Shown: positions 16,424 to 24,712 of the stretch, one piece after another | Numbering within the stretch: position 1 is the stretch's first letter | How the letters are laid out: every line of letters starts with the position of its first letter | Made by a program: the position numbers and the translations under genes | Notes under the pieces: generated by a model | Database searches by the model: none | The model's input: the letters and a program-made list of their open reading frames with translations, nothing else | What the model was told of the DNA's origin: nothing | Source: a virus | Taxonomy: Duplodnaviria; Caudoviricetes | Length of the DNA: 24,919 nucleotides | Reading direction: 5' to 3' (one strand) | IMG/VR virus record: IMGVR_UViG_3300013767_000189 | Span: 1-24,919 of that record

Positions 16424-19066
16424 TTAATAAGCGCGGATCAACGCGAGCAGCGCGACGTTGCGCGAACGCGATTCGTTGGCGCCGTCGAGATTGACGGTGA
16501 TGGCGTGGCTGTGATTGCCGGCGGCGCCGATGCCGACGTTGTGGCCGTGCGTGCCGGCGCCTTCGGTGTTGAATTCGTGGCCGTGGTCGCCGACACCGAC
16601 GATGTCCTGGGAGTCGCCGGGACCGACTGCTTGTTCCGACCCGCTGCCCGTCTGATCGGAACCGGTCAATGAGCCGCCGTAGGGCGGGCGCAGCAGACGG
16701 CTGAATGCGCCATTGTTGTGGTTGTGTCCGCCCGCTCCGCCGGTCCAGCCGTGGTGACCGTGCCAGCCCTGTGCATCGGTCCACGCGGAGTGCGCGTGAT
16801 CGCCGACTGCGGCCGCGCTCGCGCCGTGGCCGTGCGAGCGGTTCGCGCTGTCCTGCCACGAGCCGAGGATGCGATTGGCGTCGATGCCGCGGGCGTCGTC
16901 CCAGCACCGGATGAATTCGCCGCGCAGCTCCGGCACGCGGAACGTCGTCGAGCCGTCACCGGACGAGAAGCTGGCCCAGAGGCCCTTCGGCCATTCGTCT
17001 TCCGTCACCAGCGCACCGCTGGCCTGCGCGTAGGCCCACAGCGCGGGGTAGTCGGCGCGCTTGACGAGCGCACCGTTCGCCTTCAGGAAGCCGGCGCGCA
17101 CCGACGTGCGCGGCTCGAAGATGATCTGGCCGACAGACGTCGTCGACAGCGCGGCCAGCACCCATTCGGTCGTGGCGAGTGCGGTCGATCGGTCACCTGC
17201 CGCGGGCGTGGGACCTCGCACGGGTGTCTGGAAGACGGTGCCGCCGGGCGTGAACGTCACCTGTGCGGTCGCGTTGCAGGTAACGCCGAACGCCCCGTCG
17301 CTGATGTGATACAGGCCCGTGTCCGGCGCACCGTCGTTGATGAACGTGAGGGACGGTACTTGCGCGCTGCCTTCGGACAGGAACAGCCGCTTGCCCGCGT
17401 CGAACCAGAGATCGCCCGACAGCGTGCCGCCCGTCGCGCGATCGAGCGGCGTGAGGTTGCCGGCGTGCCACACCCGCTTGCCGTTTACGCGGAAGGTGCG
17501 GTCTTCCATGAAGTACTGGAACGAGTCGTTGTTTCTCCACCAGCCGACCGTCTGGGCATTTGCATAAAAGTAGCCGTCGGTGGGACCGACCCTGATGCGT
17601 CCTTCGTCCGTAGTTTTTCCGACTACGAGATCGCCGCCAATGGTCGTCGAGGCTCCGTTGCCATTGATGAGGACGTTCCCGCTGATGAGCGACCAGGAGA
17701 ACGGGCGGAAATCATTCCACTGGCCATCCGGATCCCCCTTGTCGGTCGACAGCAGGTAGACATCCTTGCCGTCATTGCGCAGGAAGGCACCGTAGCCGTT
17801 GGAGATCGCACGGAAATGGGAGCCCGTGGCGTCCATTTCACGCGCGGTCAATCCACCCGCGAACGTGGCGCTCCCGCCGACCTGGATCGCGTTCCTGCCG
17901 TCATCGCCGATGTCGCCGACGGTCAGGCGCTTCGCGACCGAAAACGTCTGGTTGCCGCGGCTGACGCGGAACGCGGGGAACTGCGTGACACCGTCGTCAG
18001 CGAACGCGTTCATGCCGAAGTCGTTGCCGTTATTCCCGCCGGTTGCCGCGCCATCGCGCTTGAACATCGACCAACGGAACTTGCCGCCGTCAGCAAAGAA
18101 CAGTGTCGAGAAGTTGCCGGCGCCGCCGTCGATCGTTGAATTCTTCGAATTGCTCGTGCCTTCGACGGCGATATCGCCGCCGACACGCAGGCGTGAATTC
18201 CCGTCGTCATTCTTGACGTCACCCACCAGCACGCGGCCGCCGTAGCCGACGCGCAATGCGCGCGCCTGGTTCGCGTCGGACTGGTTGTCGTTACCGGTAC
18301 GGTTCAGCCACAGGTCGACGTACTCGCGTCCCCACGCGCCGTTGTCGAAGCCGGAGCGGATCGTGGCGATCAGGCGCGTCCCGGTATCGGCGTTGTTGCC
18401 GCCGAACGTGCCATGCAGGCGCAACCGGCTTTCGCGGCCGGTCTTGCCCGACGGGGGGCGAATCGACACGTGCGCGGTGTCCGGACCCGCATCGAATTCG
18501 GTGACGACCGGGCCGGTGAACTTCGCGCCGGTCAACGCCGCGTATCGCGCCGCGGCCGTCTTCGGCGTGACGGCACGCGTGTCGTCGCTGCCCGTATCGA
18601 CTTCCGCCTGCGTCGCCAGCTCGACCACGCCTTGCCGCTCGGTGGTCGCCGGCGGATTGAGGAACGATGCGTCGCCGAACACGAGTTGCGTCGCGTCGAG
18701 CGCCGTGAACTGCATGTCGGACGACAGCAGCAGCAACGCGGCCGGCGATTTCTCCATGATCGGCGTCGTCTGGCCATACGCGGCCAGCAGCACGCCGTTC
18801 TCGAGGTAGAGGCCGAACCCGTACAGCGAGTACTGGTCCGTCGAGTCGTCCTTGAGCGTCGTATGAATCGTGTCCGGCGCGACGTTGGCGCCGCCGAAGG
18901 ACTTGATCCGCTTCAGCTCGTTCGGCAGCTTCGTGAGCCCCTTGTCGGCGACGAACGGCGCGTTCGCCAGGCCGATTTCCACGACCTGGTGGGTATTCGT
19001 GCCGCCGTTGCCGGCGGCGACGAGCGCGGCACGGCCGGCGTCGGTGATGATGATCTGGGTTGCCAT
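16424..19066 (-). CDS. H: Tail fibre protein gpH (880 aa) with collar domain and His-x-His needle
   Basis: N-terminal baseplate anchor 'ITDAGRAAL', 'ATTERQGVVELAT', collar 'GFLKANGALVKRADYPALW...TTFRVPELRGEFIRCWDD' and seven HxH motifs. Confidence 0.92.
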   Translation of the reverse strand: MATQIIITDAGRAALVAAGNGGTNTHQVVEIGLANAPFVADKGLTKLPNELKRIKSFGGANVAPDTIHTTLKDDSTDQYSLYGFGLYLENGVLLAAYGQTTPIMEKSPAALLLLSSDMQFTALDATQLVFGDASFLNPPATTERQGVVELATQAEVDTGSDDTRAVTPKTAAARYAALTGAKFTGPVVTEFDAGPDTAHVSIRPPSGKTGRESRLRLHGTFGGNNADTGTRLIATIRSGFDNGAWGREYVDLWLNRTGNDNQSDANQARALRVGYGGRVLVGDVKNDDGNSRLRVGGDIAVEGTSNSKNSTIDGGAGNFSTLFFADGGKFRWSMFKRDGAATGGNNGNDFGMNAFADDGVTQFPAFRVSRGNQTFSVAKRLTVGDIGDDGRNAIQVGGSATFAGGLTAREMDATGSHFRAISNGYGAFLRNDGKDVYLLSTDKGDPDGQWNDFRPFSWSLISGNVLINGNGASTTIGGDLVVGKTTDEGRIRVGPTDGYFYANAQTVGWWRNNDSFQYFMEDRTFRVNGKRVWHAGNLTPLDRATGGTLSGDLWFDAGKRLFLSEGSAQVPSLTFINDGAPDTGLYHISDGAFGVTCNATAQVTFTPGGTVFQTPVRGPTPAAGDRSTALATTEWVLAALSTTSVGQIIFEPRTSVRAGFLKANGALVKRADYPALWAYAQASGALVTEDEWPKGLWASFSSGDGSTTFRVPELRGEFIRCWDDARGIDANRILGSWQDSANRSHGHGASAAAVGDHAHSAWTDAQGWHGHHGWTGGAGGHNHNNGAFSRLLRPPYGGSLTGSDQTGSGSEQAVGPGDSQDIVGVGDHGHEFNTEGAGTHGHNVGIGAAGNHSHAITVNLDGANESRSRNVALLALIRAY

Positions 19067-19072
19067 GTGCGA

Positions 19073-19615
19073 TCAGTAGTCGGTGAGGTTCAGGCGGCGA
19101 TAGGCCGCCACGCGCGCGGCGGCGCCGACCGGTTGTCGGCCCCGCATCTCGAAGCCCTGCGTGAACGTGTAGTGCGCCCGTACCGGCTTGGTCCGGTCGA
19201 TCTCCGCGAGGATGTCGGCGACGTATTCGGCGGTCGGCGGCTTGCCTTCCTGGCCGCTGACGGTCATCACGAGGTCGAACGTGCCGGGCCGGCCCGGCGG
19301 GCGCTGCTCGAACCATTCACGCAGGACGATGTTTCCGCCGAACGCCGCGACGACTTCGCGCACCGCGGCGGCGGTGCCCTTGCGGCGGGCGATCGGAATC
19401 GCCTGGCCGACCCGGGCGCGCTTCACGTACTCGGGCCAGTAGTCCTTCCACGCGTCGACGCCGAGGTGCCATGCGAGCCACGGCAGCAGGTCGGACCGGA
19501 TCGCGTCCGGATTCATCAGCGTCGCGAGCGGCGTCGGCACGTCGTTGATACGCGCGTTCGTCGCCGCGAACCGGCGCTCGAGCCGCGTCGCGTTCGGCGG
19601 GAGGACGTCATTCAT
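19073..19615 (-). CDS. I: Baseplate/tail protein gpI
   Basis: 'LPPNATRLER...LLPWLAWHLGVDAW...RRKGTAAAV...EWFE...KPVRAH'. Confidence 0.92.
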   Translation of the reverse strand: MNDVLPPNATRLERRFAATNARINDVPTPLATLMNPDAIRSDLLPWLAWHLGVDAWKDYWPEYVKRARVGQAIPIARRKGTAAAVREVVAAFGGNIVLREWFEQRPPGRPGTFDLVMTVSGQEGKPPTAEYVADILAEIDRTKPVRAHYTFTQGFEMRGRQPVGAAARVAAYRRLNLTDY

Positions 19616-20522
19616 TGCTGTACACCCCGCCGTCGATCAGCTCGATTCCGGTGCAGTACGGCGCCTGCTGCTTCGTCGCCGGCAGGCCGGCGAGCGGGCT
19701 TTCGAGGATCACCTTCTGCACGCCGGCCGCGCGGGCGGCCGCATAGATCCCGTCGAGCGTGACTTCCATCCCGAGGCGGTGCATGGATTCGGTGTATTTC
19801 TTCATCGCGCGGTTGGCTTCCGCGAGCGCCACCGCGCGATCCGGGCCGGCAAAGAACACGAGCCGCGCGCGCACCTGGTAGCGCAGGATTTCCGCGCCGC
19901 GCACCGTGACCTTGTCGGTGAGCGGCCGCACGTCGTCGGCCTGCAGCGCGGCCGCCACCGCGGCGATCAGCGCCGGGTCCGCCGTGCCGTCGCCATCGCG
20001 CGCCAGCACCGAGACGAGGACTTCGCACGGGGCCGGGCTGACCGCCGACGCGTCCAGCACGCGGCCGTCCGCGTTGCGTGCGTGCGAGACATACGCGCCT
20101 TCGGGGCCGGCGACGGACAGGCTCTGCGGCGCGAGCTGCGTGCGGGCGCGCAGGTCGGTATCGCTTTCCATGACCGCCGCGATGTTGTGTTCCGGATCGG
20201 CGGGCGTGATCGTCAGGCGCCGGATGCCGAACAGCGCCGCGAGATGATCGAGGTTCGTGCCGACCGCGTAGGCGAGCATCACGGCGCGCGCGGCGTCGTT
20301 CACGCGCTGCCGCAGCACGATCTCGCGGTACGCGTTTTCCTGCAGCAGCTTCACGATCGGCTCCGATTCGAGCGCGAGCGTCGCGGCGATCTCGGCCTGT
20401 TCGTCGGCCGGGTAGAGCGACACGAACCGTGCCTTGCGCGCGGCAAGCAGGGTTTCGTAGTCGATCGTCTCGACGACGTCGGGTGACGGCAGCTGCGAGA
20501 GGTCGATCGGCGTCACGCTCAT
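19608..20522 (-). CDS. J: Baseplate wedge protein gpJ
   Basis: Start ATG 20522 (MSVTPIDLSQLPSPDVVE), 'ESDTDLRAR', 'SVAGPEGAY', 'DVRPLTDKV'; ATGA coupling with W. Confidence 0.93.
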   Translation of the reverse strand: MSVTPIDLSQLPSPDVVETIDYETLLAARKARFVSLYPADEQAEIAATLALESEPIVKLLQENAYREIVLRQRVNDAARAVMLAYAVGTNLDHLAALFGIRRLTITPADPEHNIAAVMESDTDLRARTQLAPQSLSVAGPEGAYVSHARNADGRVLDASAVSPAPCEVLVSVLARDGDGTADPALIAAVAAALQADDVRPLTDKVTVRGAEILRYQVRARLVFFAGPDRAVALAEANRAMKKYTESMHRLGMEVTLDGIYAAARAAGVQKVILESPLAGLPATKQQAPYCTGIELIDGGVYSNE

Positions 20523-20881
20523 GCCGGGCTCCCGTTCGTCATCGGCACGCGCGTCGACACGGCCGTGCCGTTCTCGCCGGTCCAGCCTTCGATGTCGAGA
20601 TAGACCGACCCGGCCGCCGCATTCGCGTCGTCCGCGGCGAGCACGACGCGGGTGAGCGTCAGGCGCGGTTCCCAGCGCATCAGCGCCGTCGCGACGGCCG
20701 CGTACAGCCGGGTGCGCACGGTGCCGTTGCCGGGTGCGTCGATCAGGTCGGGCAGCTCGGAGCCGAACGTGCGGCGTTTCACGCACGACGCGAGCGGCGT
20801 CGTCACGATCCTGCCGATCGACTGGTAGAAGTGGTCCAGGCCCGAGATCGAGCGGCCGGTGTTCGCGTTCATGCCTTTCAT
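20519..20881 (-). CDS. W: Baseplate protein gpW (gp25-like)
   Basis: Start ATG 20881 (MKGMNANTG), 'TTPLASCVKRRTFGS', 'ALMRWEPRL'; ATGA coupling with V. Confidence 0.92.
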   Translation of the reverse strand: MKGMNANTGRSISGLDHFYQSIGRIVTTPLASCVKRRTFGSELPDLIDAPGNGTVRTRLYAAVATALMRWEPRLTLTRVVLAADDANAAAGSVYLDIEGWTGENGTAVSTRVPMTNGSPA

Positions 20882-21558
20882 TGCGGTGCGCTCACGAGTT
20901 GTCCATCGCCCTGTTCGCGATGCGTGTGATGCGGGAGGCTGATGCCCTGGGATTTCACTTCGCGGGTGAAGGTGGCCGCGCCGTCGATCTGCATCGTGGC
21001 GCCGCCGCCGGCACCGCCGGTGCCGGTCATGCCGGCTTCGAATGCGAACGGGCCCTTGACCGTCATCGCGCCGGTGCAGGTCGTCTGCGGCGCGTCGAAC
21101 GTGATGCTGTCGGCCTTCACGGTGGCGTCGCGGGTCTGCACCACGACCGATCCCGGCGCGACGACGCGCACGGTCGCGCCGGCGGGCAGCTCGGCCGTGA
21201 GCGCATGCGCGGCGTGGTCGTACGTGATGCTTGCGCCGTCGGGGTACACGCGTGCGTGGGTGTCCGGGCTCGAGGCGGGTGCCGGCGCGGCATTCGAATA
21301 GACGCCGCGCAGCGCGACACCCTGCGCCGGATCGCCCATCGGGCAGAGCAGCACGACCTGTTCGCCCGGCGTCGGCGGCAGCCAGTCGCGCGTGCCGCCG
21401 GCGGTGCCGGCGACCCACGGAATCCAGTTGGTCTGCAGGCCGTTGCCGTCGGCGTCGCCGACCGAGACGCGGCACAAAGCGGCCGCATGGTCGACCGCGA
21501 GGATCGTTCCCTTGCGCACCGCGTTGCGGGCTTGCCGTTGAATTTCATTTGCGTCCAT
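20878..21558 (-). CDS. V: Baseplate spike protein gpV
   Basis: Start ATG 21558 (MDANEIQRQARNAVRKG), 'W.PPTPGEQV', C-terminal 'ISLPHHTH' metal-binding apex motif. Confidence 0.93.
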   Translation of the reverse strand: MDANEIQRQARNAVRKGTILAVDHAAALCRVSVGDADGNGLQTNWIPWVAGTAGGTRDWLPPTPGEQVVLLCPMGDPAQGVALRGVYSNAAPAPASSPDTHARVYPDGASITYDHAAHALTAELPAGATVRVVAPGSVVVQTRDATVKADSITFDAPQTTCTGAMTVKGPFAFEAGMTGTGGAGGGATMQIDGAATFTREVKSQGISLPHHTHREQGDGQLVSAPQ

Positions 21559-21623
21559 GCAGCCATGGTGACGGCCGGGCGACCGGGGCGCGAGCGATGG
21601 CCTGTGTCGTCGCAACGAGGACA
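21559..21623 (-). promoter_or_regulatory. Candidate Ogr-activated late promoter for the V operon
   Basis: Near-perfect dyad TGTCGTCG-CAA-CGAGGACA (21605-21623) centred 56 nt upstream of the V ATG; -10-like CACCAT 6 nt before the ATG. Confidence 0.55.
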
Positions 21624-22022
21624 GCGCGCGCCGGATGCCGGCGCGAAGGCACGCGTCGAGAATCGCATCACCGGTCAGCGTGAGGATGGCGTCGTGCGCC
21701 CGGGCGATCTCGTCGCGAGGCTGAATGCGTGAGTGGATCGATGCCGGGAGGGAGGGCGACAGGGCGGAGGGGCGACGGATTGCGTGGCGGTGAAATGCAG
21801 ACGGGCGTTGTGCTGCGGGGAGCCGGTAGGGCGAGCGTATGGAAGTGTCGCCACGAGCGACGCCGTCGACGTAGCGCGCATCGTCGACATCGGCCGATTC
21901 GACGGCAATGAGCGAGCCGGCGATCGGCGGTGCGATCGCGACATGCGGATTCACCACGGCAGGTGAGAGGAGGTGGGCGAAACGAAATGTCCGGCTGCGA
22001 TGCGCAGCCGTTGCAGCGGCGA

Positions 22023-22242
22023 ATGAATGCGGCGGAACACTGCGCACGCACGGAGCACCGTATTCGCTCGACCGCACGCGGCGCCGATGCCGTATGCAGG
22101 AAGACGGGCCACCGCCCGCTGGGCTTACCTGATGTATGAACGCAGCAGAAAACCGCGCGGCGCGCGGCGTCCTCTTGACCGCTCGCGGCGCCGATATCGC
22201 GTGCAGGAAGACGGGCTGCCGCCGGCCGGGCTTACCGGATCT
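22023..22242. repeat. Degenerate tandem duplication with a 107-bp period
   Basis: Identical blocks 107 bp apart: CGCGGCGCCGAT (22077/22184), TGCAGGAAGACGGGC (22095/22202), GGGCTTACC (22121/22228). Confidence 0.85.
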
Positions 22243-22681
22243 GCGGCAGCGCGACCCAGGTCAGCGTGTCGGCCGGATCGACCTGCGTGTCGTCGACGTG
22301 GGTGATCACGTGCCGGCCGTCTGGCCCGGTGGCGACGTTGACGCTTTCCGTCAGCGCCAGCCGGATCGACAGGTCGGCTGCGGCCTGGTCGCGAATGCCG
22401 ACCTCGAAGGCGATGCCGGTCGCGCGCGCGGCAGGGTTCGTCACGAGATCCGGCTGGTTCTTGCGGACCCATTCGACGAGCGCGACGAACACGGGATCCG
22501 TGTCGCCGGAGAAATTCGTCGCGAGCACGTGGGCCGTGTACCGGTATTCGAACGACGGCGTCAGCGTGCCGGTCGTCGCGATCGATCCTTGCTCGACGAG
22601 CACGGTCAGCGCGCCCGGCTCGGTCCCCAGTGACGGGATTGCGGCGACGAGCGCCCGCCGCAGGCTGTCCGGCTTAATCAT
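22232..22681 (-). CDS. R: P2 gpR-like tail completion protein
   Basis: 'MIKPDSLRRAL...SFEYRYT...WVRKNQPDL...DLSIRLALTESV'; follows the spanins. Confidence 0.88.
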   Translation of the reverse strand: MIKPDSLRRALVAAIPSLGTEPGALTVLVEQGSIATTGTLTPSFEYRYTAHVLATNFSGDTDPVFVALVEWVRKNQPDLVTNPAARATGIAFEVGIRDQAAADLSIRLALTESVNVATGPDGRHVITHVDDTQVDPADTLTWVALPQIR

Positions 22682-22961
22682 GCGGATGCGCTCCGTGATC
22701 GGGGGCGGGCGTGCCGGCCTGGCACGTCGCGATCATGTCGACTTGCGCCGCGCAGGTCGCCCAGGCCGCCTTCGCGAGCGTGAGCGCGGCATCGAGTTCA
22801 CCGTTGGTGCGGGGCGCTAGCATCGGCAGCGTGCAGGGGCTCACCGCCTGGCACGTATTCGACGTAAGCGTCGGCGCCGGTGAGAGCGGGACTGGCTTGC
22901 AGGCGGACAACATCGTCAGGCAGACGAGTGTCAGCCCAGGCGCGAAGCGCGGCGTTTTCAT
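22674..22961 (-). CDS. Outer-membrane spanin (o-spanin, Rz1/LysC-like lipoprotein)
   Basis: Signal peptide with lipobox 'LSAC'; 'CQAVSPC.LP...TNGEL...WATCAAQVD...CQ'; overlaps the i-spanin 3' end in another frame. Confidence 0.85.
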   Translation of the reverse strand: MKTPRFAPGLTLVCLTMLSACKPVPLSPAPTLTSNTCQAVSPCTLPMLAPRTNGELDAALTLAKAAWATCAAQVDMIATCQAGTPAPDHGAHPHD

Positions 22962-23238
22962 CGGTCAATCTCCGGTTTTCAAGTCGAGTGGCGTCGAGCT
23001 TCGATGCGATCGCGGCCTGCGAACGGTCGAGCCGGGCCTGCTGTCGTGCGCGCTCGGCCGTGTCCCGGCGCAGGCGCGCGATGACGTCGTCGCGCCCGGC
23101 AAGCGCCTGTCGTGCATCGACGAGTTGCTGCCGTGTGGCGCCGAGGTCGGCGCGCAACGCATGCAGGTACAGCGCCGCGGCGGTGCACGCGGCAAGCGCG
23201 GCGAGGCAGGCGGCGAATTTCGCGGCGAGCCCGTTCAT
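22798..23238 (-). CDS. Inner-membrane spanin (i-spanin, LysB-like)
   Basis: N-terminal TM helix, coiled coil and 'LTDENAALRAWADTRLPDDVVRL'. Confidence 0.87.
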   Translation of the reverse strand: MNGLAAKFAACLAALAACTAAALYLHALRADLGATRQQLVDARQALAGRDDVIARLRRDTAERARQQARLDRSQAAIASKLDATRLENRRLTDENAALRAWADTRLPDDVVRLQASPALTGADAYVEYVPGGEPLHAADASAPHQR

Positions 23239-24080
23239 GCGTCGGACGGGGCGCCGGGCGGTGCGGATCCGCCCGGGGTCGGCGCGGCCGACTGCGACGC
23301 ATAGCGGTCATAGGCGCGCGCGAGCTTCACGTCGTAGAGGTTCGCCGCGTAGTCGGGGCCGTTGTACGCGCGTGCGAATGCGGCCCACTGGCGGGTGCCG
23401 AGCGCGCGGCGCAGCGCGTTGTCGGCCGCGATGTAACGGACGAAGGCGTCGAGGTGCGCCGCTTCGCCTTTTTCCATGCACGCGACGAATTCGTCGATGC
23501 CGGCATAGCCGAGGCGTTCCCAGTGATAGCCCATCACCTGGAACGCGCCCCAGCTCGCGGATTCCCATGCGGCGCCGGCATCGATCGACTCGGCCGTCGC
23601 GAGGCGCGTGTATTCCGCTGCGCCGCCGCGATAGCCGCCGCGCGTGCGCGACACGATGTCCGGCTGTCGTGCCGCGAACGGCGCGGGATCGATGCCGCGT
23701 GCCTGCAGCCGCTTCCAGAACACATGGCGTTCGAACAGGATCACGGGCCGGCCGTCGGGCAGGAACCCGGCGCCGCGCGATTCGACTTCATTGACTGCGC
23801 GAATGCACGCGAGCGGCACGTCGAGCGTGCGGGCGGCCCGTTCGAGATCGGCGAGCGCGAGGTGTGCCGGATCGCGCTGGCCGGTGGCCAGCGCGGCGCA
23901 GGTCTTCGGGCCGGCGATGCCGTCGTCGACGAGGCCGGTCTTCCGTTGCAGCGCGATCACGGCGGCTTCGGTCGCCGCGTCATAGACGTGCGTGACCGGC
24001 ACCGGATAGCCGGCGCGGACCAGCCGGCGTTGCAGCAGGCCGACGTCGTCGCCGTGGTCGCCGAGGCGGCGGGTCTTCAT
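23235..24080 (-). CDS. Modular endolysin: peptidoglycan-binding domain + DUF3380-type muramidase
   Basis: 'GDDVGLLQRRL...AVIALQRKTGLVDDGIAGPKT' (PG-binding), then 'EVESRG', 'ILFERH', 'SASWGAFQVMG', 'FARAYNGP'. Confidence 0.92.
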   Translation of the reverse strand: MKTRRLGDHGDDVGLLQRRLVRAGYPVPVTHVYDAATEAAVIALQRKTGLVDDGIAGPKTCAALATGQRDPAHLALADLERAARTLDVPLACIRAVNEVESRGAGFLPDGRPVILFERHVFWKRLQARGIDPAPFAARQPDIVSRTRGGYRGGAAEYTRLATAESIDAGAAWESASWGAFQVMGYHWERLGYAGIDEFVACMEKGEAAHLDAFVRYIAADNALRRALGTRQWAAFARAYNGPDYAANLYDVKLARAYDRYASQSAAPTPGGSAPPGAPSDA

Positions 24081-24083
24081 GAT

Positions 24084-24350
24084 TCATTCACTCCTGAGCA
24101 GGCGAGCGACGTTGCCGCGCGTGCCGCAGACGGACATCGCCAGCAGCACCGCGGTGGCTGCTTCGAAGAAGCCGACGGAGCCGGCATGCAGCAGCAATTC
24201 GATCGATGCGCCGCCGGCGACCGCCACGACGACCCACGCGAACCAGGACGCGCGATGCCGGTGCCGCGCGCCGTTGCGCCGGTAGGTGAGCACGCGCACG
24301 AGCACGGCGACGTGGGCGCAGAGCGCGATCAGCACGAGCGGGAGCGGCAT
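24084..24350 (-). CDS. Phage holin-family membrane protein
   Basis: 88 aa with about three hydrophobic segments and C-terminal 'RGNVARL'; directly upstream of the endolysin. Confidence 0.75.
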   Translation of the reverse strand: MPLPLVLIALCAHVAVLVRVLTYRRNGARHRHRASWFAWVVVAVAGGASIELLLHAGSVGFFEAATAVLLAMSVCGTRGNVARLLRSE

Positions 24351-24351
24351 G

Positions 24352-24696
24352 TCATCCCCCCTTGCGGAACAGCGCGAGCAGGTCCAGCGTCTTGACCCGT
24401 TCGATGAGCTGCAGCGTGACGGCGATGACGAGCGCGGCCGCGAAGAACGCGGCGACGCCCGTCGAATGGATCGGGGTGGCGCCGACGATTTCGGGTGCGG
24501 CGAGATAGCCCATCGCGAGCGAGATCAGCAGGTAGGCGGCGCGCCGTGCGACGCCGATCTCCTTCGACGTGACGACCACGAGCGCGGCGCCGGTGAACGC
24601 GCCGATCAGCGCGTTGCCGTCGATGCCGGGCGCGAGCCCGGCGACGCCGATCGCGGCGGACAGCATCGCGGCGGTGGTGAGGTTCGGTTCGGCCAT
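24352..24696 (-). CDS. Putative holin or antiholin (multi-TM)
   Basis: Start ATG 24696 (MAEPNLTT...), about four hydrophobic segments, 'LIGAFTGA' motif; first gene of the lysis cassette. Confidence 0.72.
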   Translation of the reverse strand: MAEPNLTTAAMLSAAIGVAGLAPGIDGNALIGAFTGAALVVVTSKEIGVARRAAYLLISLAMGYLAAPEIVGATPIHSTGVAAFFAAALVIAVTLQLIERVKTLDLLALFRKGG

Positions 24697-24712
24697 GCAG
24701 GCGATTCCAGGG

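Noticed and set aside
15692-19066. Tail-fibre switching by an invertase or a diversity-generating retroelement
   Set aside because: No recombinase, reverse transcriptase, inverted second fibre end or template/variable repeat pair was seen.
21559-22077. 173-codon in-frame extension upstream of gpV
   Set aside because: No gpV-like or other motif; open frames of this length are common at this GC content, and promoter-like elements sit just before ATG 21558.
22023-22242. CRISPR array or mini-array
   Set aside because: Only two units, similarity extends through the would-be spacers, and there are no cas genes.
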